This document shows positions 40,176 through 53,027 of a stretch of DNA of 64,000 nt, in pieces. The notes under the pieces are model-generated. The model was not told where the DNA came from. It saw only the letters and a list, made by a program, of their open reading frames with translations, and did not search any database. The translations under genes and the position numbers were made by a program. The first letter of the stretch is position 1; every line of letters begins with the position of its first letter. Origin of the DNA: Piromyces finnis finn (Eukaryota; Fungi; Neocallimastigomycota); the NCBI GenBank assembly GCA_002104945.1, contig MCFH01000019.1, positions 558,001 through 622,000 of the forward strand, in the 5' to 3' direction.

Positions 40176-41324
40176 ATGGACAACCAGACAAAAATTATTA
40201 CTTTCAATAGATTACCTATATTAGGCGAATCAAATATATCTTTTGACTCATGGAAATTCTCCTTTGACCATTGGTGTTCTACATTCAAAATCATTGAAGA
40301 AGCAGAAAAAATTGATTATTTACTAGCAATAACTGCGAATGTGGCCAGAACAATTGTATATAATTCCTTAAACAAAAGCAGTCCAGATAACTATGAGACA
40401 ATTTTAAAGAATCTCAGTAAACATTACAAGAAAACATCCTCCAAGAATTCAAAAATCTTAGAACTCTCTTCTATTACAATAAAAAAAGATGAAAGTATCT
40501 CTGAATTTGATTTAAGATTCACGGAATTATTAAATCAAATAAATAAAACCGTCACATTATCAGAATTAATTATAACGTCTTATTATATTAATGCTTTCAG
40601 GAACTGGGAAAAAATATATGAAAATCTTATGGAAGAAGAACCAACAACCCTAGAAGACGCCATGAAGATAACTTCGAAGAAAGAGAAGATAATGAATCTA
40701 ATGAAAGAAAATAAAGGAAAGGCAATACCCTCTGGAACAAACAAAGAAAAATTTAATAAATTAAATAAGTTTAGCGAATTTCAAGAAAATACAGATCATA
40801 GTGAAATTATGTACAACACAAAGAATAAAACTAGTACATCTTATTTACTACCAAATACAAGTGACAACAATGATAGAATTAAGAAGATGTACAATAATAA
40901 TCACAACATATATAGAAATTATAATAATAGTAACAGATATGTCTCTAACTTCAATAATCCAAATAATAATCCAAATTACAGAATTTATAATAATGTACCA
41001 AATTATGATTATCCTAACAATAAAAACGGTTATAATAAATATTATCAAAATAACAACAACAATGATAATTTAAATAATAATTACAATAATAAGATAATTA
41101 ATAATGAACAAAGAAGTAATTATTATAATAGAAATCAATTCAATAACAGAATGGAAGAAAGAAGAAATATACTTAAAAATAATGCTGACAACAACGACGA
41201 AATTCAAGAGTTAACGCAAAAATTGTCAGAACTTAAGATAAACTTCTGTGCAAATTGCTTACGTATTGGTCATTAAGACTTCGAATGTCCTGAAAGTTAT
41301 GATGAAGAAAATTATTTAAACTAA
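40176..41324 (+). CDS. gag: Gag of element A; in-frame TAA at 41274 interrupts the CCHC knuckle, natural end at 41324
   Basis: Capsid-like N-terminus, then CANCLRIGH*DFEC, then ...YLN-TAA. Confidence 0.8.
41315..41321 (+). promoter_or_regulatory. -1 ribosomal frameshift slippery site T TTA AAC
   Basis: Heptamer in the gag frame just before TAA; the -1 frame is open into the pol ORF (CTA ATT GAT GGG AGT ATG). Confidence 0.75.
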
Positions 41325-41335
41325 TTGATGGGAGT

Positions 41336-44300
41336 ATGCAATCTCCCTATATAAACAAAATTGCACGTCCAAATCAAAATCTAAATACAATAAATGTGCT
41401 TCACAAAAATAAAAACACATCTATTAAACTATTAGATAAAAATAAAATAAATAATACTAATAAATCAATAATAAAACCTTCCATTTTGAACCAACCAAAA
41501 ATTAATATATTAAAGCAAAAGAAGAAAGAAATCAGAGATAGAAGAAGAAGAATAATGGATATCGACTCAGAAGAAGAAAGTGAATATAATTGTAACGAAA
41601 TATTATACAATAATGATAACCAAAATGAAATAAGCTATGTTGAAGAAAGCAGAGAAGAAAATGACAACAAAAATAATAAAAGTAACACAATTAATGAAAA
41701 TAAAATAAATGAGGAAAACAATAAAAATAATGGAGGCAATAAAGGAAACATTAATAGAAAGGAGGAAAATAATGAAGATGATGGAAATACAAAGATTAAT
41801 AAAATAGAAGAAACTTCAAAAACTCTTAAGCAAAAAGAAACTATTATGGAAACACCAAATAATATAGAAAATAATAGTAAAAAAATGATAACTAAGAGGA
41901 ATATGACAGAAATCCAAATGCTTAATAAAAATCAAAAGTTCAATATATTAAAGGAAGCTGATAACCTATTTCCAAAAATAAGTTTATCACAATTATTAGC
42001 AGCCAGCCCAGCAATTAGAAAAGAATTAGAAATAGGACTAAAACCAAGAGTAGAAAGAATTATTTGCAATATCACCAACACTAATATTCCAATAATTATA
42101 GGGGAAATCAATAACGTACCATTTAAAATATTATTTGACACTGGTGCTAATGTAAACATTATTACAAAAGAAGGATTAAGTAAAATTAAAAATATAAACA
42201 TCTGTAGTACAGAAGAAGAATTAACAATAAAACTAGCGGATGGAACTATAATCTTTACGAATAAATATATACCATTAAAAATAAGTATAGATAATAATTT
42301 AAATATTAAAGAGAATTTTTATATTATTGATTATTATAATACCTTTTATGAAATAATCATTGGAAGAACAATTCAAAAGAAATATAGATTATTAATAGAC
42401 CCTGATGATGATGCAATCTATAAAAAGAGCGAAGAAGGTTTAATAAAGATAACAAATATAATAAATAATAGACAAAATACACCACTATTAAACTCGGTTA
42501 TAGTAACGAAAGAAGAAGAAAAAGAATTTCAACAAACCATAGAAGAAATAATTGAAAATGTACCTAACCCAGTACGGAAAGAATTCAAAGAACTTATCAT
42601 AAACAATCAAAAGTGTATGGCTACTTCATTATCACAATTAACAACCGCAAAATTGGAACCACATACTATTACCACCACTTCGAACAAACCTATAAAATTA
42701 AAGCCATACAAACTTTCGAAAGATCATTCAGATATATTAAAAAAGGAAATAATATCTTTATTAGACAAAGGATTAATTGAGCCATCGCACTCGCCATGGT
42801 CATTTCCAGTTCTACTAGTTAAGAAAAAGAATGGAAAATGGAGAATGTGCATAGATTACAGGAAACTAAACAACATTACCATAAAAGATTCCTATGCACT
42901 CCCATTTATAGATGAACTTGTCTCTTCAGTAAAAGGTGCGAAAATATTCTCTGCATTAGATCTATTTTCAGGGTATCATCAAATACCTATGAATAAGGAA
43001 GACATCGAGAAAACAGCCTTCACAACTAAATTCGGGAACTACAATTTCTTAGTGATGCCCTTTGGTCTAACCAATGCACCGGCATCATTCCAAAGAGAAA
43101 TGAACAGAATACTTTTGCCCTTAATTGGCAAATGTTTATTTGTTTATATTGATGATATAGTAATATATTCCAAAAATCTAAAAGAACACATTTGTCATTT
43201 AAAACAGGTATTCGAAATATTTTCTACATATAATTTATCTATTAACCTTCAAAAGTGTCATTTTTTTAAAGATAAAGTAGAAGTATTAGGTCATGTATTA
43301 ACTTCAGAAGGTTTGAAAACATCGCCATCCAAAGTCCAAAGTATTGCCCTATGGGAAAAACCAAGAAACATCTCAGAACTTAGATCCTTCTTAGGTATTG
43401 TTAGCTACTATAGAAAATTCATTAAAAACTTTTCAATAAGAGCCAGTCCTCTATTTAAACTCCTCAAGAAAAATGTAGATTACATATGGACAGAAGAATG
43501 TAACAACGCATTTGAAGATTTAAGACACTGCCTATTAGTGGATCCTATTTTAATTTATCCAGATTTCAATAAACATTTTATAGTCAGAACAGACGCTTCA
43601 ACTAAAGGTATCGGGGGTGTTCTTTTGCAAATGGAGGAAGATAAATTGGAACATCCAATTTATTGTGTAAGCAGGTCTTTAAAGCCATGTGAAGAAAATT
43701 ATTCAGTAACAGAATTAGAAGGTTTAGCTTTAATTTACTGTTTAAAAAAGTTTAGTCCATATATTATTAGTAATAAAAATGAAACCATTTTCATCACTGA
43801 CCACAAACCATTAATTGGATTTTTCAACAAAAATGTACCAACTAAAGGAAGAATTGCAAGATGGATAGAAGAAATAAATAAATACAATATTTCAATAAAA
43901 TACGAAAAAGGAAAAAGAAATGTATTTGCAGATGCCTTATCAAGACTACCATCAAAAGGAAATGAAGGTATTATAAATAGTATCAACGCTATCTTGAATG
44001 ACATTAATCCAAAAGATTTAGATATCCCAGAAGGTATAATTAAATATTTTAATAAAAATTATAAAGTTTTAGACAATACATTATATTTTGTAAAAGACGA
44101 TAAGTTTTTGAAAGTTATACAGAATGAGAGTGATAAAAAAGACATTATAAACAGAGCACACAACATAGGACATGAAGGTTCAGATAAAACTACTAGAAGA
44201 ATTATGGATTCGTATTATTGGCCTGGAATATGGAACGATGTAAAAATGTGGATAAAATCATGCAGGAAATGTCAACTCTTCAGACCAAAACCACAACCAA

Positions 44301-45211
44301 AATATACAGAAGACCATATCACACCAGTGGAAAAACCATTTACAAGAGTTGGACTAGATATAATCGGTCCACTTCCAACTACCAGATCAGGTAATAGTTA
44401 CATAATAACTTTAGTAGATTATTTCACAAAATGGCCTGAAGCCAAAGCAATCCCAAATACTAAATCAGAAGAAATTATTAAATTTTTAACAGAAGTAATA
44501 TCTCGACATGGTCCACCAGAATTAATAATAACTGATAATGGAAGTTCTTTTATTTCGGACGTAACTAAGATGATGATAGATTTATACGGATCATGGGTGC
44601 ACTATGTATCACCACATCACCCACTTTCAAATGGAATGATAGAAAATCGCAATCGGGAAATAGGTAAGATATTAAGAATGTTAATAGAAGATGAACAGGA
44701 TTGGGATGAGTGCCTACCATCAGTATTATGGGCACTAAGAACCACAAAAAGCACTAAAACAAAGTTTAGTAGCTTCGAATTATTATATGGAAGACGAGAT
44801 ACGTGGCCTATGGAAATTATGTTTCCAGACTTATATAAAGAACCACAAGAAACTGAAGAAGAGTACAATTTTAGAAGATTTTTAAGACACTACAAATGGG
44901 TAAAAGAAGCAATGGAATACTCTGATTACGCAAATAAATACTGGGAACATCGAATTGGATTTTCCAAAGCACTTAAAAAGAAATATAAAGAAGGAGATTA
45001 CGTAATGATAAAATTAATCAATAGAACTAAACTGCAACCCTATTTTTATGGACCATTCAAAGTTGTAAAGAAACCACAATACAATACTGTCGTTTTAGAA
45101 GACCCACAAACCGGAAAACTATTAGCAAGAAACGTTCATATCAAAAACATCTATCCCTACACAATAAGAGAGGAATCTTTAGGAACTTCAAGGGACGAAG
45201 TTCATTCTTAA
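41336..45211 (+). CDS. pol: Pol of element A: protease, RT, RNase H, integrase
   Basis: LFDTGAN, YIDDIVI, VRTDAS, HHCC (HNIGH..CRKC), GLDIIGP..TDNG..IENRN, FYGPF; 1291 aa uninterrupted. Confidence 0.95.
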   Translation: MQSPYINKIARPNQNLNTINVLHKNKNTSIKLLDKNKINNTNKSIIKPSILNQPKINILKQKKKEIRDRRRRIMDIDSEEESEYNCNEILYNNDNQNEISYVEESREENDNKNNKSNTINENKINEENNKNNGGNKGNINRKEENNEDDGNTKINKIEETSKTLKQKETIMETPNNIENNSKKMITKRNMTEIQMLNKNQKFNILKEADNLFPKISLSQLLAASPAIRKELEIGLKPRVERIICNITNTNIPIIIGEINNVPFKILFDTGANVNIITKEGLSKIKNINICSTEEELTIKLADGTIIFTNKYIPLKISIDNNLNIKENFYIIDYYNTFYEIIIGRTIQKKYRLLIDPDDDAIYKKSEEGLIKITNIINNRQNTPLLNSVIVTKEEEKEFQQTIEEIIENVPNPVRKEFKELIINNQKCMATSLSQLTTAKLEPHTITTTSNKPIKLKPYKLSKDHSDILKKEIISLLDKGLIEPSHSPWSFPVLLVKKKNGKWRMCIDYRKLNNITIKDSYALPFIDELVSSVKGAKIFSALDLFSGYHQIPMNKEDIEKTAFTTKFGNYNFLVMPFGLTNAPASFQREMNRILLPLIGKCLFVYIDDIVIYSKNLKEHICHLKQVFEIFSTYNLSINLQKCHFFKDKVEVLGHVLTSEGLKTSPSKVQSIALWEKPRNISELRSFLGIVSYYRKFIKNFSIRASPLFKLLKKNVDYIWTEECNNAFEDLRHCLLVDPILIYPDFNKHFIVRTDASTKGIGGVLLQMEEDKLEHPIYCVSRSLKPCEENYSVTELEGLALIYCLKKFSPYIISNKNETIFITDHKPLIGFFNKNVPTKGRIARWIEEINKYNISIKYEKGKRNVFADALSRLPSKGNEGIINSINAILNDINPKDLDIPEGIIKYFNKNYKVLDNTLYFVKDDKFLKVIQNESDKKDIINRAHNIGHEGSDKTTRRIMDSYYWPGIWNDVKMWIKSCRKCQLFRPKPQPKYTEDHITPVEKPFTRVGLDIIGPLPTTRSGNSYIITLVDYFTKWPEAKAIPNTKSEEIIKFLTEVISRHGPPELIITDNGSSFISDVTKMMIDLYGSWVHYVSPHHPLSNGMIENRNREIGKILRMLIEDEQDWDECLPSVLWALRTTKSTKTKFSSFELLYGRRDTWPMEIMFPDLYKEPQETEEEYNFRRFLRHYKWVKEAMEYSDYANKYWEHRIGFSKALKKKYKEGDYVMIKLINRTKLQPYFYGPFKVVKKPQYNTVVLEDPQTGKLLARNVHIKNIYPYTIREESLGTSRDEVHS

Positions 45212-48041
45212 AGAAGGGAGAAATTGATATAAATTGGAATTAATAAATATGAAATTATAATATTGATATAAACTAACCCTCAAAACAACTTAAAAATAAA
45301 TAATAAATAATAATAATATTTAAATGTTTAATTAAAAGTATAAAAATTATTTATTAAAACTCAGTTTAAATTATATTTTTGTTATAAAATAAACATAGTA
45401 TAAATAACATTTTAAATAGTAAAATAGTGTTATATTAATTAAATTAATTACTTTAAAATAAATTGTTTCTTTTATTTATTATTCATTATTATTTTAAAAC
45501 ATATTAATATTTTATTTTAAAAAGTTAAAACAGAAAGAAAATTATAAATACATGTAATTATTTCCTAATTTAAAAATCAATCAATACTTTTAATAAATAT
45601 ATTAAATAAAGAGTTGATTCAAAAATATATTTTAAAATTGTGTTTTTAAAACATAACTTTTATATTTTGTTAATAATCGTTATGTCGAATTAAAATATTT
45701 CAAATAACTTTATAATAAAAATTTATTTTAAATCTTTTTTTTATATAAATTGATAAGAATATTATCACTTTTATAATTATTTAATTATAAATTAAGATAA
45801 TATTAAACACTTATCAATATAAAATATACAATAGAAAATATTCAATAAAATTATATATTTAAGTTTTATTAATAAGTAATTCATAAATTTTTGATCCATT
45901 AATATTTTTTGTTAAAAAGTCTGCTAGCATATTATTTGTTTCAATATATTCTAGTTTAATTTTGTTATTTTTAATATTGTCTCTATTGAAATGGAATTTT
46001 ATATTTATGTGTTTAAGTTTGGAATTTAATTCACCATTTTCAATTGCTCTTTTACTTGCTAAGTTGTCAGTATATATAGTTATTGGTTCGTTGAATTTGA
46101 ATAATTCTTCTAGGATATTTCTAAAGTATAAAATTTTCTTTGTGCATTCTGTAGTGCTGATATATTCGGCTTCAGCAGTAGAAGTAGCAACAGTTTGTTG
46201 TTTATTTGAGCACCAACATATTGGATTGTTTTCCATAAGAATTATATATCCTGATGTTGATTTTCCATCAGTCTTATCTCCCCCAAAATCAGCATCAGTG
46301 AATGCAATGATTTTTCCATTACCATCATAAGTAATTTTGTAGTCAATAGTGGTTTTAAGATACTTGATAATATTTATAACTTTGTTGTAGTCGGAAATAG
46401 TAGGTTGTTCAGATTTTCGAGCAGCTTTGTGAACAGCAAAAGAAATATCTGGTCTTGTACATCTAGCAATGTAAATAAGAGAACCAATTAAACTTTTGTA
46501 AATGGTTTAGTGTTTTCAGAATCATTGTCACCAGTACATGGTGTTTTTCGAGATCTGCAGTTATTAAGATTATATTGGTCTAAAATATTTTCAATAACAC
46601 TCTTTTGTGAAATAGAATAAGAAAAATTATTGTTTTCAATTTTAATACCTAATAAATAATGAATAGGTTGACAGTTAGAAATTTTAAATTTAGATTTAGT
46701 TTGTGAGATTATATTTATAAGTTCAAGGTTTGTTCCACAAATTATCATATCATCAACATAAAGTCCAATAATACAAGAAATTTGGTTATCAAAAATTTTA
46801 AAGAAAATGCAATAGTCTGAAGTACATTGAGAAAATCCATGATTAATAAGAAAAGTAGAAATGTATTCATTCCATTGTTTTCCGCTTTGTTTGAGTCCGT
46901 ATAGAGCCTTATTCAGTTTCCAAAATCCTTTTCCATAGTTTTTATCACCTTCGGGAATAGTAGTATGGATTTCAGTATCTAAATTTGCATGGAGGTAGGC
47001 AGATTTGATGTCCAATTGATAAACGTTCCATTTGAAGTTTAATAATATCAAAGTTTAAAGTTGGAGAGTATGTAAATTCAAAATCAATGCCATTTTTTTG
47101 TGTGTAACCTCTAGCTATAATACGTGCTTTATATTTAGTAATGTTATTATTTTCATCTGTTTTAATAGTGAAAATCCATTTGGTGGTTACTACATTTTTA
47201 CCTTTGGGAAGATTTTTAATGAATGTCATAGTTTTATTTCTGTAAAGATTGTTTAGTTCATCATTAATAGCTTTAATCCATTTGTCACTATTATTATTTG
47301 ATAATGCATCTTGATAGGTTATAGGAATTGATATATTTATTGAAGAAATAGAATCAATTTTAGGATAAGAATAAGAATTAAGTCTTTTGAGTTTTGGATT
47401 AATAAGTGGACTGGTAGGTCTTTTAGGAATTTTATGGTTTGTATCGATATAAAATGTGGAAAATTGGTCATAAAAATTGGTTGGATTTGGATTATTTGGA
47501 AAATTATTAATGTTATTATGTTCTATAATAGGAGTCGAATTATTAAAATTATTATTATTTGAAGAAAAATTATTTGTATTAAGAAATTCATCATGAATTT
47601 CGAGATCATTATTTATAGGAGTTGAAGAAATTTGACTATTATAATTAATGTTGATATCAGTAGTCATTATAATTTTCATATAGTGTGGTAAAATCATTAT
47701 TTGGCGAGAAATTTCTTGAAATGTTTTTTGAAATTTCAAGATCATAATTATTTTCAGAATTTGAAATTTTATTATTAAAATTTTAATTATTTAAATTAAA
47801 ATTTTCATTATTAGGATTGGAGAAAATTTTTGATGTTTCACCAGAAAAATTTGTTGTAGTACCTGAAAATTCTTTTAAATTATCTGAAGGGTTAGGTGAA
47901 TTATTTGTGATTGGGATATAATTAAAAATTTCTGAATTGGTACTGTTGGCGGAATTGAACTCTGGAGGGTCGGATTTAGTAGAATTGTCTTTAACCATTG
48001 TGTAAAAGTTTTATAAATGTAAAACAGATTATAAAACTTTT

Positions 48042-50630
48042 TGTAAAATATTCTAAACTAAGTTCAGGTTTGTATACTGTGTGAAGATATTAACTGGATT
48101 TAAAACAAATTCAGATAATATCTATAATTAATTAAACATAATAATTATAATTAAATAATTTCAATGATTATTTTAAAACACCTTTAAAAGTCACCTTTTA
48201 AATTTTGATTCAGTGAAAGAGTTATGATTTCAAAAAATTTAATATCAATACACTATAACCCTTAACCAAAAATAAACAAACACGAAACAAGGCGTAACTC
48301 GCCAAAAACGAGTGCTACGGCTGTAAGTGCTACGGTTGTGAAATCGGGTTTATTAGAAAGCTTAAGGAAAAAGCTACATTTTGGTACAATCGCGGTCCTT
48401 CTAACTGGTCATTTAAGGAAGATATGGTCATTTGAAGATTTTAATAAGTAAATTAAAATCAATATGATATCAAGTATGGATCATAGACATTTCTTATGAC
48501 TTGACGAAAATTAAAAAGATATCAATAGAAATTTTAATTATATTAATTTAATTAATGATAGTGACTGTTACTAAAAATAGAACTAAACCATTTAGGTGTA
48601 ACAGTTAACATTTATAAATTAAATAATTTTAATTATTATAAAATAGGTTAATGGATCAAGTGTTTAAATGATTAATCATATGTTTATTTTATTTTATGTC
48701 ATGACAAAACAAACAAACAAACAAACAATCTTATTATATTATTAACATATTACATGTAATACTTTATTTTTATCAATTTAATAATCTGAACAAAGAATAT
48801 AAAATAGAATGAATTGAATTCGATTTTAATTCTTTGTAAAAATTATAGTTATAATCTTAATTATATAGTTATTAAATATATTATCATTTATATTATTATT
48901 AATAAATAAATAAAATTTTATAAAAAAGTTATTCTAAAGAATAAATATTAATTTTTCATTTGGAAGTTTAAAGGGTTATTTTATATTTAAATTTAATTTC
49001 TTAAAAAACATATTTACTATATAATTGATAACATTCTGACCTGGCCGCATAACCAAATCCAAAAACTTAACATACTGTTAAATCACGCAGATTCGGCTTA
49101 GGTTTGGATTAATTAACTAGGTCGGGAATGGTTATAAACTAATAATAATAGAAACTAATTTCCTTAATTATCCGGTTATTGGATGAAATTATATGCAATG
49201 GATTTATTAACTAAAATGACACTTTAATTTCAAATTTCATTAAAATAAAATTAAGTTTAAATCAATTTTTATTTATAAAATTAGTTACAAGGGAAATCTA
49301 ATGTAATTTATTAATCTTTACTATTATTAATTTATCTAATTAAAATTAATAATCTTACTACTGATCAACATTTAACTAAACTACTCTATTTATACTAATT
49401 TCTCAAAGTTACAATTTTTACATAATTAATTCACATGGCTATTTTATTAATATTAATTAATTAATTTTTGTAACTATGATTTTTATAAACTGTCACGAGT
49501 AATAATAATTATTAATATAATATTTTATTATTTTAAGTCATGAGTTTAAATAACTTTTCACAACTTTTATCATCTGATTACTAATTTAGAAATTAATAAG
49601 TAAATTTATTATTAATAGTAATACTTAAACCAATACCTAAAAGTTTAGAAAAATTTTTATTAATTTTAAGTGTGAAATTTTTAATATTTAATTTATATTG
49701 AATTCCCTTTAATTGGTCATAAGTAACTCAACTTTTTGGAATATTGATGATTCAAATGTACCAAAAGATAGCTTAGGCCTTTAGCTTTCTAATGTTCATA
49801 ATATCATCAAAGTAATTTGATTTTTCCAGTAATTTTCTTGGGTTTCGTAATTCACACTTTATTTAAGGGTTAGGTGTTTCACATCTATGGGATTATTTAA
49901 ATCCACTTAGATTCGTGACATATACACGAAACTAAACTAACCAAATTATAAATTATTTTTAATAATATTTTTATTTATTTTAAACTATATTAACAACCGT
50001 TGATTACTTTACCGTGAAGGATATTTTACCAGAGCCCTCACTAGGTAATCAATTTATATTTAAAACTAAAATTATTAATCTAAACTATAAACTAATTATA
50101 AACTAATGTTAATTTATCTAAACAAAATTAACCTATACGATTTTCCAACTATCGTTTCAATAGTTGAAAAATTCTCTTTATTTATACTTTTTAAATAAAT
50201 TGAATAAATTCTAATATACATGTTTTAATATTATAATTTTACATTGTTTACATTTATACATTTATTAAAAGAAATTATTTGTATTAAACTATTTAAATTC
50301 AATTTATTTACTAAAGAATTTTCTAAACTTAAAATAAAGTTTTGATTTATTTACTATATGGTTAATTATATTTCAAACATATATTTAATTTATTTATTTC
50401 TAATTTTGAGGCTTAGTTTATAAAAAAAATTTTTTATTATCTAAAAATATTTATTGGTTAAAATTTATTTAATTTAAAATTTTATTTTATCATCAAAAAC
50501 TTTATCTTATCATAAATTTATGTTAATGTATTGTGATATAAATTTTATGAAAATTTATGGTACATTTAATACATTATACATTATTTTAAATACGTATTAA
50601 TACATTATTCTATTAATACAATATTTTACA
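48042..50630 (-). mobile_element. Solo LTR of family B nested in LTR X
   Basis: TGTAAAATATT...AATATTTTACA termini; TSD CTTTT at 48037-48041 and 50631-50635; homologous to 53028-53821. Confidence 0.9.
48078..49920. mobile_element. Non-coding insertion Z (1843 bp), TG...CA ends
   Basis: TSD TATAC at 48073-48077 and 49921-49925; removing it restores the family-B LTR. Confidence 0.8.
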
Positions 50631-52498
50631 CTTTTTTACAATAAAGCAACAACACAAAATAAAGAAAAAACAAGAAAATAAATTATTTAAAAAAAATATC
50701 TCTTTTTATTAATTTTATTTAGTTATTAACTAAATAATAGTCAATAACAATTACATCGTTTTAATCAAGAAATTTTACATGTATTTATATTTTTCGTAAA
50801 TTATATTTTAATATACTATTCTATTTAATTATACATATATTCAATATAAAATAAACAAAACTAATTTAATACTAATTTAATTAAATAATAAAATAATAAA
50901 ACTAAACTAAAACTAATTAAATACACTTTTGATTCAATTTGAGTAAACTGCAAATTGAATACAGTCCATGTATTACCTATATATTAATTAAATATTAACA
51001 ATACTATTTATTATATATTTATAATTAAAAATGCTAATTTCAAACTACGCTAAAGTTATTAAACTAATTTTAATTAAATAAAAAACTTTTTAAGATTTAA
51101 TTTGAATATTTAAAATATTTAAATTTAATTATCCATTAATTTAAATATTTATCCAAATTTCATTTGTAACTTTGATATTTTAAAATTAATCTTTATTTAA
51201 TTATTCCATAAAATTTATACAATAAATTTTATAAACAATTTTTTCATTAAAATATCAAAATTATTATTCAATAATTATTAATTAATTATTAAATAATTTA
51301 AAGATATATACTTTATATCTTTACACATTGGGACATAAGAATTAAAATCGTAAGGATCTTTAATTGTTGATTCGGAGTCAGCAGAGTAGTTAGCCGGAGT
51401 ATCTTCGTGGAAGTAGGCTTCTCTAACCAGATGAATAGTTTGTTTATTATAGTCCATTATTATATATGAATTCGCATTTGTATTAAATCCTAAAAATATG
51501 CCTTTAGCAGTGTTTGGTGATAACTTGTTTTTATTTTGATTAAAAATTTTGTATTCACAAATGCATCCAAAGACTTTGATATGGTTAATATTAGCTTTTT
51601 TACTATTATAAATTTCATATGGAATATGATTTGAAATACTTTGGTGAAGAACTAAATTATAAATATAATTAGAGTATTGTACTGCAAAATTCCAAAAATT
51701 AAGATTAAGTTTGCTCCAATATAATAAAGTTTTGGTTGAAGAAATGATTGTTGGGTTGAACCTTTCTGCAATACCGTTATTTTCTGGGTTGTAAGGAGGA
51801 GAAAATAATTTAATAATTCCATATTTTTTGCAGAATTTAATAACCTTTTTGTTAGTGTATTCTTTACCATTATCACTTTTAAAATATTTGACTTTGTGAT
51901 TATTTGACTGGTTATTAATAAGAGTTAAAAATTCAATAATTATTTTAGGAGCTTCAGCTTTAGAAGAAAGTAGATATATCCAGGAGTGTCTTGAAAAATC
52001 ATCAATGAAAGTAAGAATATATTTCTTTTTATTAACAGATTCAGTAAGTGGGCCAATAATATCTGAATGGATAACTTCATTGATTCCGGAAGCTTTAGGA
52101 GTAATTTTATTATGTGGTTTTCTTTTTAATTTGCTGGCTTTGCATTCATTACAAAAATTTTGGGAAATATTGTGTTCAATTAAATATTTTTTAAGATCTT
52201 TATTATAGTAATGAGCAAGTCGATTGTGCCATAGTGTTTCATTAAAATTTAAATTATTGATATTGAATATACGCTTATTATTGTATTCTTTGTTTTTGGT
52301 ATGAATAAGAAAGCTATTATCATTGTTTGAGAAAGTTTTATAAATGTTCTTGTTATCTTGAGATTTAATTATGATACAGAGTTTATTATTTTCTTGACTT
52401 ATAGTACTTTTTAATCCAGAGTTACTAAGTTTAATGCCGCTAATTAAGTTTTTGTTTAATTGTTTGGAATAGTATACGTTGGCTAATTTTATTGGATG

Positions 52499-53020
52499 TG
52501 TAACGCGATTCTATATAAAGAATTTATTAATGTAGGAATTAATAATATTTATATAGAAAAATAAATTTTGTATTCCCTATAAGTCAATAAATTTATTTAT
52601 TTAAAATAATTTTTTTTATTATTATTAAATTTTTTAAAAATAAAGATTTAAATTTAAAAGTTAATAAAAACACATCTATTTAATTTTTGATTCACATCAC
52701 TTCTATTTATACTTTTTCTAAATCTGATGTGGCTAAATTAAAAATTAAATTTTCTTTCTAAATTATTCTTTAAATTAATTAAAAATTACATAAAATGAAT
52801 CTCGTGATAAAAATACATAAAATATTTAATTTTTCGAATATTCGAACTTATTCTTTTTCGAATAAGTTCTATAAGTTTCTATGAGTCATAAATTAAATTG
52901 TTAAATAAATAATTTAAAATAAATTTTGGATCAAGGTGTGAGTCGAACCCGAGTGATCCAGATTAATGTCTTAAATACTAACCATTAAGACAATATTAAT
53001 TTTCTAATAGATTCGTTACA
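52499..53020 (-). mobile_element. Probable 3' LTR of chromovirus C (522 bp)
   Basis: TGTAACG...CGTTACA termini; interrupts the copia frame. Removing the two B insertions joins it to the PPT GGAGGAGGACCA of element C. The partner LTR lies outside the window. Confidence 0.65.
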
Positions 53021-53027
53021 TGGTCCT

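Larger units (their letters stand above)
38820..45816 (+). mobile_element. Full-length Ty3/gypsy element A (no chromodomain)
   Basis: 592-bp LTRs at 38820-39411 and 45225-45816 (TG...CA, no differences noticed), flanking ATAT 4-bp duplication, PBS, gag, pol and PPT AGAAGGGAGAAAT (45212-45224). Confidence 0.95.
48001..51325 (-). mobile_element. Solo LTR family X (about 730 bp of its own sequence) with nested insertions
   Basis: TG...CA termini; TSD CATTG at 47996-48000 and 51326-51330. Confidence 0.9.
45836..52498 (-). mobile_element. Ty1/copia element (integrase-RT-RNase H), frameshifted, interrupted by nested insertions; 5' part cut off by element C
   Basis: WIYLLSSKAEAP, VFGC..GIFLGF, KWIFTIK..YKARIIARG, LYVDDM, TDADFGG, STAEAEY and MLADFLTK. 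The frame resumes across 48001-51325 at the CATTG duplication. Confidence 0.93.
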
